A DNA stretch of 64,000 bases from Oikopleura dioica (Eukaryota; Animalia; Chordata). The notes beneath the pieces were generated by a model. That model had not been told where the DNA came from, ran no database searches, and worked only from the letters and a program-made list of their open reading frames with translations. The position numbers and the translations under genes are program-made. Location: positions 8,866,001-8,930,000 of the forward strand of contig OU015569.1 in NCBI GenBank assembly GCA_907165135.1. Direction: 5' to 3'. Position 1 is the stretch's first letter, and each line of letters starts with the position of its first letter. Below are positions 48,588-61,436 of this stretch, one piece after another.

Positions 48588-49803
48588 TCAGCCAGTTCTG
48601 AGCTGATCAGTTTTCTCCCAATTGACGGCGACGTAGTCCACGTTGTTTGTGTTTGATTCGATTCTTGGACTAGGAACAGTTCGCATCGGTTGTTTATACA
48701 AGCTGATGTGTTGCTGATGATGCTCAGCGGAGTAACGCGGTCGATTGGGCGTTTGTGGCTGAACATTACGAAAAGGCAAAAAACCACGCTGCTTACCATG
48801 TTGTGTTCAGAATTTACAGATCGCTCCGTGGTTCGCTGGGAGCTGCGCGAGTTGCACCAGGCTTTGATGTCGTCGATTTCGATTTGCTCCTCTCGCTCAA
48901 GAATGTCGAACTCTGATTTTGACTTTATCAATAACAAGTTCGATGTGGGAGGATATTTATTTGTTTTCTTGCTCGGAGCGGATAGATTTGTCATGGAGCT
49001 TGATTTCTAAAAAGAATCTCATTCAAACAAAGATTGAGACCACTGAAATTTGACCTCACGGGTGAGCTTCTTTTTGGAGCGATTTTTCAGAAGGTACTCT
49101 TGGCGACTTCGTTCTCGCAGTTCTTCGCTCATCGGATCGTTCTGATAGAGATCGTCAACGGGTGAGAAAACACCATCGGACTCGAGTGTCTCATTCGAAT
49201 TTGAAATTCGCCCTGCAGTACAACTTTTAACAACTTTTTATGTAAATAATTAACGTTGAACTGAATCTACAATATATTTTGTTCATATCATTACCATAAA
49301 TGTTGGCGTTGTCGATGTCGGTGGTTGGAGACGGACAACTATGATTGGTGAAGGGTCGAATCTGAAGCAATATCTTAGCGATGATGTTTTGAAAATTGCA
49401 CCTTTCACCCTTCCCTACGAATTTCGATTTGACTCTGCTTGCGTTACGTTTAACTAATCAACTAAGTTCAATAAAAAAATCGTGGACGGAGGAAATTCGA
49501 TCAACTGAACCCAAAATACTTTTTTCCACGTTCCAACTTGTTAAGATATTTGTTTTGCCGAAGAAATACTATGAACTTACTTGATTCCATTCAATCTCTG
49601 GCTCTGGCTGTGGATTATAGTCGTATTGTCCTAGGTACATTTTTAATGGCAATGTATATCTAGCTTATCATACTATCTGTGGGCTGATCTTCGATTGTTC
49701 TCTCCTTGCTTTCAGGTAAATTCGTGGCGCAGCATAGTAATCTTGTAAGTTTTTCTACTATGCTTTGTTTCATCAACCGAGAAACTCTCTTAAAAATTCT
49801 CAT
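48588..49803 (-). CDS. Orphan disordered protein with an N-terminal di-Cys and multiple Tyr motifs (adaptor-like), 6 exons
   Basis: Six exons join in phase through GT-AG introns: MKQSIVEKLTRLLCCATNL...DR|QYDYNPQPEPEIEWNQ|IRPF...NIYG|RIS...DDLYQND...TRE|KSSSMTNL...HNM|PQTP...VDYVAVNWEK..*. Start at 49773 or 49803. Confidence 0.65.
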
Positions 49804-50537
49804 CAAAGCCAATCGAAAGTACGCCTCGAACTGTGTGGCACTTTTTTAAGATTCGCGAAAACTATATTTAGTGCTTAGCACGCTCTGACGTTATCAATGT
49901 GTTAACTGATCAACGAAAATTCAGACTAATAGAGACTAAATAGACATCCTGTATTTTTAATTGTATCAAAAAGAGTATCAACAAGAGTTTTCGTATTTTT
50001 ATTTCATGTTTCAGTGGAAAATAGGCACGAACGAGCGTAATTAATGGATTGTTTTTGTTTCATTCGAAGTCGGGGAAAAAGGTTGAAGGATTGAATGCTG
50101 AGGTTATTGGGAATGTGCTAACGATTTGAAATGAATCAGTAGTGAAAAAAGCAAACGAGTTTGTTTGAATTCGGGAGTACAGAGGCCCTTTGGTACATGC
50201 ATTTGAGAACGTTTGTCAAAATAAATAAGAATAAAGATCGTTTTTTTATTGAGTTCAAATTATCGCACTAGAGTCTCTTTTAGAGACGAGAAACAGGAGC
50301 GTGTCCGTTGAAATTAAATAAACAAAGTGGGGGAGAGTCGAGAGAAAGTACAGTGTAGGCATAATGTAGTGCAGTGATTACAGAACTATTTTGGAACTAT
50401 AGTGCCGTATATCTGTCGCAGTTATACGAGTGTCAAGTATTTGTCGGCAAGAGAGGATTCCTTGAGCGATATTCGTATTTTACAATATTTACAAATGTGC
50501 ATGAGTCTGGTAAGAATAAGTAAGAATGGCGATGGCG

Positions 50538-53500
50538 TTAATCCTGGTCTGATAAGAGCATCACATTGCGATCGTAGGAATAAATATCGTTTTCAGCAAC
50601 TTCTTTTGACTAAAAAGAAGTTAGTATGAGACTGTGGTAGTGAGAGTAGATGGACTGCTCGAATCGTCGAGCTTTTCAACAGAAATGAGACATACTCGCT
50701 GTACTTTGCGCTCTGCTCGATGCATCTCAGGTTGGTACTTGTATTCGCCTCGTTGGAAGCAGCCCAGTTTCCAAAGTATCACTGTGATAATAATCTTTCG
50801 CAGGGTTGAGACGCATTTTAGCATGCCTAGTCTCTTATTTAAATAGCTTCAAATAAATCATCTATTTTTCTAGTCCTTCTCAGCCCTTAACAAAATGAGA
50901 ACGCCACCGGCAGCTGCTACGACGATGACCCACAGGGGGACTGTGAAAATTGACGGTGAGGCCTTTTCCGAGTTACCTGTGACCCTGACTGTAGCTGTCA
51001 TGTCACTGTTGGTAGCGACAACATTGTCTGCCTTGAAGAAAGTTGCTTCTTTTTCGTTCTCTTCGCTTGAAAAATCTACGGTCACATCACTTTCTATCAG
51101 AACTTTGTCAATAGGAGTAATGCGATTAAGGAATTCGGAGAATGTTGGCCGGTATGCGTACGCAACGAAATCAAAAACGATGTTTTCACCGCGACGTAAG
51201 TCCGAAATCTTAAGACGGTTTTAGATTCCAGCTCTACTAAAAGTGATTTAACGACTTACCACACATTTTATCGTTTCGCACTTCATTTTCGAATTTTTGC
51301 ACGAGTATTTCTCGAAGTCGTTGAGACCCATCCACTGGGTCCCTCTCTTCTTTGGGTTGGCGGACTCGAATTCTCGATTTTCACGTCGTCTTCGGATTCC
51401 ATTACGTATATTTTGCGGATCTTTACTGTCGAGGTTCTCGCATTCGATGTCGTTTCCGTTTTTGTCAATTTTGATGTCCCAGAGATACAGTAAGAAACCG
51501 CCCGAGTTGAACTCCTCCATTGGCCAGTGAAACTCCAAGGCCACTCTTGGAATGGTCAAGCTTGATTCCGTGTAGATACTGTATCGATGCTCAACCTGAA
51601 CGATTAATCGTCTGATTTCGATGAACTCACTCGTGATAACAAACCTTCGGGCCAATAAGCAACGCTTTGTTTGGTAAGTTCTCTTCTGTTTCTTTTATCT
51701 CGTCGATATTAAGCTTAAAGCGGGAATTAAAAGCGACTCGCTCATATTTACGGTTACCTGTTGATCCTTGGGGATTAGGCGATAAGAGAATTGACCAGAA
51801 TCGACTGTGCTAGTTTCGATTTTCAGCATTGGATCGAGCTTGATGCGCATTATGTAATCTGTTTCGCCGTCGTCTTTCTGGTGTGAGGTAGTGTTCTTCG
51901 AAAGGTGAAAGGATATCTCGTCTTGCGAGACGATCGTTGCCTGTTTTTGAAATCGAAGGCGAACTTGTGCCTTGTCGTTGTGCTTGAACGGATTACCCAG
52001 GACGCAACGCAGGGAAGTGTACAGATCCCTCAAAACACTTTAATACGAGGTATACCAGAAGGTAAGCTACCTATTGCTCAGTTCACTGTCGTTCTCTTCT
52101 TTGAAGCACTTTACATTGGTACTGTCCGGGTCGATCTTGTCGTAACCGTGATAAAGAACATGTTTAGGGTAACGAACTGTGAAGCTCGCCTCGTGGGCGT
52201 CGTCTTTATTGTTACGACTTGTAACCAGGAAGCCGATCAGTTCCTCTCTGCCAAGCGTGAATGTAGTTAAACTGCGTTTCTGCTTTCGGTTCTGCTTTTT
52301 CTGAAATTTCAGATGTTCCTGGATAATTTCTTTGGATACTTACATTATTCGTTGGATTAGTAGAACTCCACATAAACGTCCCATTCATGTCTTTAACTCC
52401 CATCTGGAACTCTCCGAAAGTCTGTAAGTTCGACTTGCAGATCAAGTCGGGACCGCAGTTGTTCTCCACTTGGATTTGAATATTTTGGGAGGAGCTGTCG
52501 AGAGAATCGAGAATCGGAATCAAGTCCGATGATTCTGCACGTCGGGAACGGCCCTTTCCTGCCAAATCCCACGTCAGACGAACGTCGATAGGTGACAGTT
52601 TGTCATCGTATTGCCTAACAAAATGCGTAAGATTCAAGACATTTATACAACCATCAAGGAAGGGAATCCTTGAAAGCATCTAACCCTTGTTTTCGCAGAT
52701 AAAACTTGACATCTTCTACGCACTCTTCTTTCCCAAGCTCGAGCGAGATGTCATCAGAGAATACAGTTTGCGCATCGTCTTTGTCAAAGGAAACACGAGG
52801 GCGTCCTCTTCTTAGACCGTCGAGAGTAATGTTGTAGTTGATCTGAAAAATCAATTAGACTCTATTAAAAGCTAAATTGACTCACAATTATATTCTTTTT
52901 CATAGAGTTTGAGCGTTCGTTGAAGGAAAAACAGAAATCGAGCGTGATACTGCGTTCATTTTCGTCCAACTTTAATGATTTCTTATTTGGCTTTAGCTTG
53001 GATTGAACATCAATGATCGGCCTTGATTTGAAAAGGAAAACGCTCTCGCTCAGAGATCCAACGATCACGTCTGAGTACCCGTTGTCATCGAAGTCCGCGG
53101 CAGTGATTGAGTACCCAAAGCCAATTACTTCCTCGCTGTTTTCAGTTTCCAGCACTTGAACATGTTTATTTTCCTCGGTAAAAGTTCTGTTTCCATGATA
53201 GATGTAAACTTTGTTTTCACCAGGGGCAGCGATCGCTAAGTCATCGATCCCATCGTGATTGATGTCACCGACATTTCTGATGCTCTGACCAAAACGAGAT
53301 GCGTACGGACCCTCTAGTTTTATATATTTGCCACCTTCTAGGTCATTTTTAGAGCTCCAGCTTGGATTGTCACGGCTGAGGTAAATCAGGACCAGGCCTT
53401 CAGTACTTCTTTATTTCGGCTGAGATACAATTCTTTTGGATCTTTAGCGCTTATGCTATTTATAGATAGACAAATTTGTTATTAAATGAAAATTTTAGGC

Positions 53501-54673
53501 CGTTCCTAAGCTTATCAGTCTGATTTATATAAACATGGAGTGGAGCGCCGACGACGATATCGAGTTCGCCATCACCGTCCAAATCAATCGTTTCGACAAC
53601 TCGTCCAAAGCCGGAGATATCAGCTATTCCACGAACACCGTCCCTTGATTTCCCCGGCGGTCGAATTGTAGACTGCAAGTTGAATTTCTTTCCATCACTG
53701 TCAATAGTGTAGAGGTTGACTTCATTGAGATGATCTCCGCCGGAAATTAGAGTGATGCCAGGAGAGTTCGATGTTAAATTCGCTGCTTTCAAAGAGGTGC
53801 CCAAGTACGAGTTAGAAAATAGCCCCTTGTCCGGCTTATTGATGAAGTCTTCTTCGATCAGCGGCTCGTAGATCCATGTGTATGGATTCGGCAAGTCAAC
53901 GTCGAAGGTCATAAATTTATCCATAAAGACGTTGTCCAAAGTGTTAGTAGGCAGTGCAGACACAATATTTCCTGCATATTGAAGCATATTTGGCAAGCCC
54001 ATATAAAGTGCTGTCAAAGCGTCATCTCCGATAGTGGTGGGCGACCATTCCGCCGAGAAACCGGCGTTACAGAAAAGATAATTCTTCAATGACGGGTCGG
54101 ATGTACTCGACAGCGTGGTTTTATCGAGACAAGGGTTGAAAGAACATTCTGGATCGTCCTTGATCCTGAGCGAGCTGTCGAGTATCATGCATTCGCCAAC
54201 TTGGGTGTTGATCTTTTTGTTATTTTTCGAGAGCCAAAGCCTCGGAGAGCAGACAGCTACGTCGCCGTCCGGCCCAGCACTGGCGATCGTGTAGCCAAAC
54301 ATTTTCCCAGTCTCGTTGAAGCTCCAGTAGTAATCGACATTTTGGCCCTGTCTAGCAATTTGACGGTTTCGGCTTTCAACGCATGACGAGACGTCTACCT
54401 TCTGGCAATCGGGCTTGAGTCCGGACGCGTTGAGGGGGCATTTGTACAGGGATCCTTCCGAGCTGTCAGTTGGCGCTCCAATTAAAAGGGTCCACTCGGA
54501 TTGAGACTGGTGCAATTCGAGGGAAGCACCAAAATAGCCTAAATACCTTGCTCAAGGTGTAATTCTCGTCAGCTCTTACCTTTATTGCCCAAAAGAACTC
54601 CGCCATTAATAACATTTGATTGTTGAAGATTGAAGGCAGCTACTAAAGGGGAAAATATCGCCGATGCTCGCAT
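50538..54673 (-). CDS. ITGA6-like: Integrin alpha subunit without I-domain, probably of the laminin-binding (alpha3/6/7, PS1) group
   Basis: Signal peptide plus AFNL. FG-GAP repeats (YFGASL..LLIGAP, FGYTI, DLDGDGELDIVVGAP, DINHDGIDDLAIAAP, DFDDNGYSDVIVG). Thigh/calf region, TM VPLWVIVVAAAGG..ILWK, tail KLGCFQR. Confidence 0.93.
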
Positions 54674-56511
54674 TCTCAGAAGGCTTCTTTTCTGTCTCTT
54701 CCTTTCTTTGTCAACTCATATCTGAATTAAAAATGCAATGAGTATTTTTTTCTCTCCGCCTTCAAGAAAAAAATGGGCGCTGCCCCCAAGCGTGTTCAAG
54801 TCGTGAGTCCGAATAGATTCACAATAAATTCTTAATCACTCTAGTTCACACTTTTGGTCGTGAATGGGAAGAAGGATCGATTGATATCTCTCAAGTCGCT
54901 CTCAGTCTGCTAACTTCAAATCGATTTTCCGGTTTCAATGGTTAGATCGATTCTGCCGCATGTTTTCCGCTTTTTTCGTTACCAGATATCCGTAATAAAC
55001 TATTCATAAACAGTAAAACTCTCTAACTATATTATCCTTCGCCGAAAAGTCGAAAAATATCTTTGAGAAAAAAGCGAAAGCTAATTTTCGGGTGAAATTT
55101 CTTTGTCTCTGGATAAGGGGCGCACATCTGACGCCCACTTTGATCAGAAAAGCCTACTTGACAGGAGGGTATGAAATTTTATTCTCGGTGGGAGAGTGAT
55201 GCCGAGTGGGTCACATACAAAAAGTGGTCAACGCTTTTTGGGGCACCCATCGACGGTCACACATGCTTATCATTCCTCATACGATAAATAGCCGCCACAA
55301 CGACCTATTTAGAGAGGATTTGTTTGTCTTGATATAATAAAGATACAAACGCGCGAAAGTGGGCTCTTACGTTTGTCAATACAGCCTTTTTATATATCAA
55401 AGAGTATTTCAAACAGATGCAAACCTTGGATTGAAGTTTTAACCGATATTGAGCGTCCGATTCATGCGAGATAAATTATTCCTTGAGTTCTCTTTTCTTA
55501 GCAAATTTTCTTACAGTTCCGCTTTTTGTTTCTTCGGCGTGTTCTAAGGGATTCTCTCGCTTTCACATATGAAATGGGGGATAATAGAGGAAACAATTAA
55601 CCCAAGCGCGGTCAATTACTAACCAACTGTCGAGGAGAAAATCTCAGTTGGATTCGGCGCCGCCGCACTCTCCCGCCACAGTCGAGCGGGTTTTTGAAAG
55701 AAAACTCCCGCGAAATTCTCCCTAAACACGCCCCAAACTGGAAAAATTTGCGGATGAGTGGCTATATTTGCTGTCCGCCGACAGTTCATTGTTTGCTCCG
55801 CCAAGAAAAACCCGAAATCGAGTTATTTTGCAAGTTCTTGCGAACGCAGCTGGCAGCCCTTTCATGGCATTTGGTATTGACGATTTCGCGAATTTGATAT
55901 CAAATATAAAATAGTTATCCGCTCTGGCGAAATTAAAGGGCTGGGAGAATCGCAAAACTAGCTTATTCATCTTGAACTCACCAACAAAACCTCCATTCAG
56001 GGGTGACCTCTGAGATGAGCTTATCCCGATCAAGTTCAGAAGCGAGAAATTGCCCCTTCTGTAATATCAAGCCGAATCGTGTAAAGGCGTCACGCTCAGT
56101 TGCTTCAAAAAATCTTTTGATCAATCGAGGACGTTTTGGATTCGGGGATTTTGTAGTCTCGCGAGATCAAAAACGGATTTATGAGCAGATCGTGGCTTCC
56201 TCATTTTGATCTGGGCTCGATTCAAGTTGAACGATATAAATTCATAAATCACCCGCGCGTTTCCGCAATAAAATCATTCCTTTCGCCTTCAAACGATTAG
56301 GTCAACTTCGAGAGACGTTCCTTGTAATTTATGATTGGTACACAAATATGTTGGCTAAAAACAACGACTCGGGAGCGGGAACATCACTAGAACAGGCCAA
56401 GCTGAATTAACCATCAAGTTTTGTTTCCACTAAAAACAGCTCTTTCCATCAAAAAATGTTTATTTCCTTTATATAAATAGTGTTCTCGTGGTGATCTGGG
56501 CGAGCTGGTGA

Positions 56512-57550
56512 TCAGCTCTTTGCAGTAGCTAAATTGTCAGATAGGTTTTTGTAGCAGATGCCCATTTTCTGGCGCGTCTTGAGGGATAGTTCTCTGGCAG
56601 CTGCGCCAATCTCTTCCGAATTTACATGTTTGGGGTAAATTGGATCTGAATATTTATTTTTACTCTTGGCGGCGATCTAATTTGCATAGACTCACCGAGG
56701 ATTTGAATGGGGAGAACGTCGCGCCCAGCATAATCTTCGTGATTAGCGATCACAATGGGCACAATAGGCACACGCGCCCGCAGTGCTGTCTGAAACGCCC
56801 CAACTTTGAAGGGCAAGAGTTCTTTTGTTGGTGCTCGCGTTCCTTCTGGAAATATGACGATACAGTATTTCTCGCTCGAGCTCAATCTGAACAATGGGAT
56901 AAGTCGAGGGTTTAACGCTTCTGAATGTTTACCGTTGCTGAATGGAGTTCATCGTCGCAAGAGCCTGCTCGCGGTCGGATCGATCGATGAAGGTCAGCCC
57001 CAGCTTGTGAAAAACAACGGAAACGGGACCCAAGCTCTTCGCAAGAGACGCTTTGGTAACCACGGAGCCGTGCAAGGGGATAAACTTGAGCAGGGGACAA
57101 ATATCGAGACCTACGTTCTTTTCTAAGACGGGCGAAAGCGGGGCTTAATTACCTGACTGATGATTACAAACAATGACGCAGTTCTCATTTGGGATCTCGC
57201 CGCGAATATCTATCTAATTGCATGTTACCGAATATGAATCAAGAATCCACGTTGAGTTTTTAAAGTTCCCTTTTCGATAATTAAAATAAAGGATTCACGA
57301 ATTCAGAAGCACTTCCTTGGTACGCCAAATGATACTCATGAAGAACGGGACGATGCGGGTGGCTTCGAATTTCGCATTTGCAAGGAGCTGGTACACCAAC
57401 ACTAAAAGGACGGAGCAAACGAAAGTGGTATCGCTTTTTACCTGGGATGACGAGTATTTGAGCGACAAGGAAGAATTCTATGCGACGGAATATTATGTCG
57501 ATTCTCGGCGAAGATTTTACTGTTGAGGTTTTTTTAGTGGGGAATTTCAT
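56512..57550 (-). CDS. AGPAT1/2: 1-acyl-sn-glycerol-3-phosphate acyltransferase (AGPAT1/2-like), multi-exon
   Basis: CNHQS.LD (HX4D), FIDR, IFPEGTR, PFKVGAF, VPIVPIV motifs. Start codon is approximate. Confidence 0.88.
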
Positions 57551-57991
57551 TGAAATGATTAATTTTAAAAACGCTTTCCTATTGTCCCGCGCAGGAGGCC
57601 ATAAAACCTATATTTCATTATTATAAGGAAAACGAAATTCGAGAGGTTAAGAAACGAGCTTCCATAATTTAAAACTTTTCAAAAGTTCAAGGAGCTTGAA
57701 TTTGATGGAGACTTACCCTAAGTAAAAGAGCCAAACTCTCATATGAATGTCTCTTGTTAGTAAATTGCTGTTCTTTCGCCTTATTGCACAAACTCTAAAC
57801 ACTTTTTCCCTGGCGTCGTTCTAGAGGTCATGTTCGGAATTTATAAAATCAGTATTTGCAAATAGTGACTATTACAAACAGAGCATGCTTCAGCGAAGAT
57901 CACTTACTGGCCAGTCAATAGATTTTTAATAGCTTTGTCGATTTTATTACATAATGATACATTTTTGATATAAGCAAGGCTGTTGAAGTAA

Positions 57992-60186
57992 TTATGGCTG
58001 GTGTTGGGCCCACTCTGCGCGAAGTTTTTGAATTATTTCATCGTCGTTGACTAAATGCTTGCACATCCGCTTGTTCTGCACTTGTTTCGGGATCAGTCCA
58101 GCTTTCTCGCGTAGCACCCCTAAAAATCAGTCAGCCTTGTGAATTAAGAAGAAAGTTCCGGGATGATCAAACGTGGGTATAAAAAGGAGTCTCCCTGTCT
58201 GTTTTGCTCATTTGAAAAAATAGCCAGCGATGGATGAGCAAGAGATGGGAGAGCAAGATTTGAAAATGAAGAGACTCTTGGACAACGCCGATGCTCTTAC
58301 ATATATACTCAACACTCTGCAAGTACTGAAATCTAAGGAAGGCGAAGAAGATGAGTTTCTCGTTAAATTGATGGATGATGAACGTAAAGCCCAAAAGGAA
58401 AAAGAGAAATTTGATATCGAAAATCGTTATAAGATGGAGAAGATTAGAGAACAAAGAGACAGAGCTGAGGAACGGCTCCATAGACTATGCATAGTAAATA
58501 ACTTATAATGATAATTAGCCGTATTATTAAAGGTAGAGCAAAGCAAAGAAACGATTAAAGGACTACAAGAAAACGATGGCGGAGCTTACCAAACAATATT
58601 ATTCGTTGGATCATAAAAAAAGCGGAGACACTGCCTTAGAAGCAACAGAGTCCTCAGAGCCTTCCGCAAAGAAAACAAAGCTGACTGAGCTCGAAAACTC
58701 TGACGAAGATGAATCTTCGTCCGAAGTATGGGTTGTATTCGAATCAAAGATATAGAAAAAAGTATCAAATCAGAGAAATAACCCAAACAAGGCTCACCAG
58801 TCCCGAAAGTAAGAGGACTAGATGGCAAATTGTACAACTTTTGGGAAGTCGACTCTACTCTAAAGTAAATCCAGACAGTACTATTTAAAATTGATATGTG
58901 ATAAAATACTGAAGAAAAAAACAGAAAAACTTATTGACACTGAAAAAATAAATTGAAATACGCGAACCTGTCAAATATGCATCATCAACAGGAGCATCGC
59001 GATAAGTAACTTGTGCGTTTTTGAAGAGTTTCACCGCTGCCCATCGTGGCATACTGAAACAGGCGCCCTCGCAGTACACTGGATAAAATTCTTTTCCGTA
59101 CGATTCCCACGATGTTTGCCATTTCCCTTTGCGCGTGACTCTAAAATCGTTGAATTTCGGACGCCAGTTATGCAAGAGTTTTACCTTGCGTGCTGTACGT
59201 AGTTGTACAAACAAGCCAGTTCAACTTGCGAGTTCTCGGCCTTATTGAGAAAGCCCAGTATCAAAGGTAAATCCGGAAAAACGTCGTCGTCGACTGAAAG
59301 ATAATTTCGTGAGTCCGTGCATTCGTTGGCAAACCATTGCAGTCCACTAATTGATTTTGAGGTTAGATTCTGATACGCATCAAGATAGTCGCCGACTTTT
59401 AAGAATGATTGGAAAAATATTTATGAAAATCGCAGGAGTATTTATCAATCACATTCCTAGCAGGTCTTGTTTGTCTCGCCCCTCGTTTTGCAAATTCTTG
59501 TTCAAGTACTTCGAGTCCGACTTTCCGACGAGAAAGATTGTGGCAATAGACCATTTTTCGATGGCATGCGTGTGAGCCCATGTATTTCGAATTATCTCTC
59601 GCAGGCCAGAGCTCTCAACGCGAGACTTTACGAAGATGACGAGGTCTTTCCGCACGCAGTCGACCTCTGGAGTGATCATGAACTCCAAATCTGGGACGGT
59701 AGTGTTGTCCGCGTAACGCTTTGGAATGGACTCATCTGGGTTCTCGGCGATCAGGTATCGAACTCGATCGATCAGTTGTGCAGTTTGGACTACCCCCTCT
59801 TTCTTTTGCAATTGAGCAAGCAGCGGGTTTCCTGGAATTACTTCCGCCTTCTTCTCTTCACTCTCGGGTTCACTTTCTTTGCTCGAAGTCTCCGAAGATA
59901 ATGTGGTGCTTGTCGTGCTCGTCGAAGACGTAGTTGATTTGAGCACTCGCGGTGCGCTTTTGTCGTGAAAGTCGATGTCTACCTCAAAGTTGAAAGCACG
60001 GGGAGTCCTCTTCTCTTTGTGCGGGATCGCTTTTCCATCGTCAAGACTGCTCGGTTTGATCTTCGAAACCAGGAACAGGTTGAAGACAATGAAGCAAAAG
60101 CCGAAAAACGCCAAAAAGTTCCTAACGAGTGATTCGATTCTACCAGGACCTTTTTTACGCCTTCTGCGCTTTCTCTCTTCACCCAT
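57992..60186 (-). CDS. Beta-1,3-glycosyltransferase (GT31, B3GALT/B3GNT-like), 4 exons, type II membrane
   Basis: TM near the N-terminus. Motifs LVIFVKS, LREIIRNTW, DLLVGDYLDAYQNLT, DDD, GKW, YPVYCEG, DDAYLT|GVLREKAG. The last exon (57992..58119) lies beyond an 848-nt intron. Confidence 0.88.
58230..58812 (+). CDS. Charged coiled-coil orphan protein nested antisense in the last intron of the GT31 gene, 3 exons
   Basis: MDEQEMGEQDLKMKRLL...LHRLCI | DYKKTMAELTKQ...EDESSSE | RNNPNKAHQSRK*, with GT-AG introns in phase 0. Confidence 0.65.
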
Positions 60187-60343
60187 TTATTCCATGCTCG
60201 ATTCAAGTACTGGAAAGAATTTCTCGCGAAAAAGAAAAAATCGCGCTTGCCCTGCGGGGATGTTTTGCTCTAACATTTTAAAAAGACTAAAATAACTTAG
60301 CCCTGAAATACAAACAATAGAAGATGTCCGATAAAACACAAAT

Positions 60344-61436
60344 CTATTCTCTCTCGTTCTTTCGCTTAAATAAGTCAATCAACAGTAAATGTATTTTCTT
60401 TCGCGCAGCCAAGAGACAGCTTGAACCATGCTCTGAAGGCTGTTGAATACTCTGGTTTCAGGTCTCGTCGTTACTTTGTCCAGCATATACATCAAGTGCT
60501 TGTGATAGGAGGAATACGGTATTCCAAGCTCAAGCGCTATCCTAGTCCATTCTGAAAAACTCTTTTAGGGCTTTAGTTAAGTAGAAGCTTCTCACCTGTT
60601 AACACTTCCGGATCTCCAAGGCGTCGCTCGTCGAACAGTCCTGGGTTGTGTAAAAGACCGCGTGCGACCATAACACCGCCAACACCAGTCGCCTCATATG
60701 CTATTTGAGCGTCTTCGCGAGTGCGAATACTTCCGTTGTAATTAACGGGAATGCTACAAGGAAAACAAATCAACTTTGCATTTTTAACTGACTGTTACCT
60801 CAAGGTTTCGACAATAGTTGAGATAGTATTTACTCTTACAGGGTGATCCCTTTCTCCATGCGTCCTACCATGAATCGACAACATGGTCGCGCCCGCCTTC
60901 TCAATTCTCCTGGCCATTTCGATTGTTGCTTGCAAGTCGTCGAAGACGCGCGTTTTGACAGAAATAGAAAACTGCGAATCAGGAATCGCCCGCCGCGCTA
61001 CCAAAATAATATCAGCCAGCAACTCGGGCTGCTTCATTAAGATGTCGCCGTAGTTGAGTGCGTTGACCCAGCGCTGAGGACATCCGCAGTTGAGGTCGAT
61101 TCCCTCGCAATGTCCGTAAAGCATTTGGGCCACTTGGGCGAAATCGTCGCCTTTGTTCGCAGCGAACTGGACGACGAGCGGCCCATCGTCCGCATTGCTG
61201 CGCAAATCGGCATCACGAGCAGAGGCCGAGTTGATGAACGAGTCCGAAATCAGCATTGGCGAGAAGCAGAGATCGACGTTGAACTTTCGGCAAAGTGCGC
61301 GGAAAGGGAGACGTGAGTAGCGCACCATTGGCGCGCAGATTGATACAAAACGGTTGTTTTCGCGAGCAGTAGAATAGATTTGGCGGATAGAGCCGAACCG
61401 GCGACGCCTCTCTTTTTGTAATTCATCCCTATCCAT
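60344..61436 (-). CDS. DUS4L: tRNA-dihydrouridine(20a/20b) synthase-like, 3 exons
   Basis: CAPMVRYSRLPFR, PLVVQF, IDLNCGCPQRW, IHGRT, PVNYNGSI, GVMVARGLLHNP, ALELG..HKHL..ML..RVFNSL match DUS4L. Confidence 0.93.

Noticed and set aside
55600-56210. Overlapping ORFs on both strands between the integrin and AGPAT genes
   Set aside because: No motif, start or splice evidence favours any frame.
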